A stretch of 64,000 nt of DNA from Vicugna vicugna (lineage: Eukaryota): assembly GCA_013265495.1 (NCBI GenBank), contig MU057416.1:924545-988544 (forward strand). The letters run 5' to 3'. The number at the start of each line of letters is the position of its first letter. Position 1 is the first letter of the stretch. A program made the position numbers and the translations under genes. The notes beneath the pieces are model-generated. The model worked only from the letters and a program-made list of their open reading frames with translations, did not search any database and was not told the origin of the DNA. Below, in pieces: positions 63,699-64,000 of this stretch.

Positions 63699-64000
63699 AG
63701 GAGAAGCCGTGTTTGATAATCGTTGTTGAAGATTTTTTTTTAATTCAAAATGAGGATTGAAGATCTTATTTTTCTGTCTGTCTGAAGTTACCAGTGGACA
63801 CAATTGTGGCAAATATCAGATAACTTTTCTGGAGTCATGTCAACCAATATTTTCCCTTCTCCTTTTCCTATTTCTCTTCTGAGTGTAGAATTTATATATG
63901 TGAGATAGAATAGTCTGCAAATAATCTCTTTTTAATTTCTTTAATTAATATCAGTGAGAGGAATTTAAAGGGACAAAAGAAGGGAGTGAGGGTCAAGGGA

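Overview
Mammalian genomic DNA, most likely a camelid (camel/alpaca/llama). This is inferred from about nine copies of a tRNA-Ala(AGC)-derived SINE resembling camelid vic-1 and from cetartiodactyl-type L1 3' ends. I recognise no protein-coding gene. The only ORFs I can assign are remnants of L1 ORF1/ORF2 and a Charlie transposase, so the window appears intronic or intergenic. It is dense in repeats: young and old L1, L2, MIR, vic-1-like SINEs, solo LTRs (MLT1A, MER21-like, ERV1-like), DNA transposon fossils (MER3, MER53, MER58A, Charlie1a), and micro/minisatellites. The most notable signal is that several GC/CpG-rich patches are ordinary transposon copies locally rewritten by strongly directional A/T to G/C substitution. 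In one young L1, 16 of 17 differences from its paralogue inside this window go that way over about 140 bp. This is the expected signature of GC-biased gene conversion at recombination hotspots, here apparently building CpG islands out of repeats. Other points are a twin-primed L1, L1s nested in SINEs, an inverted SINE pair, a tandem NF-E2/NRF2 site and a low-confidence minus-strand spliced transcript. Repeat family names come from my recollection of consensus sequences, not from a database search, and boundaries are approximate.
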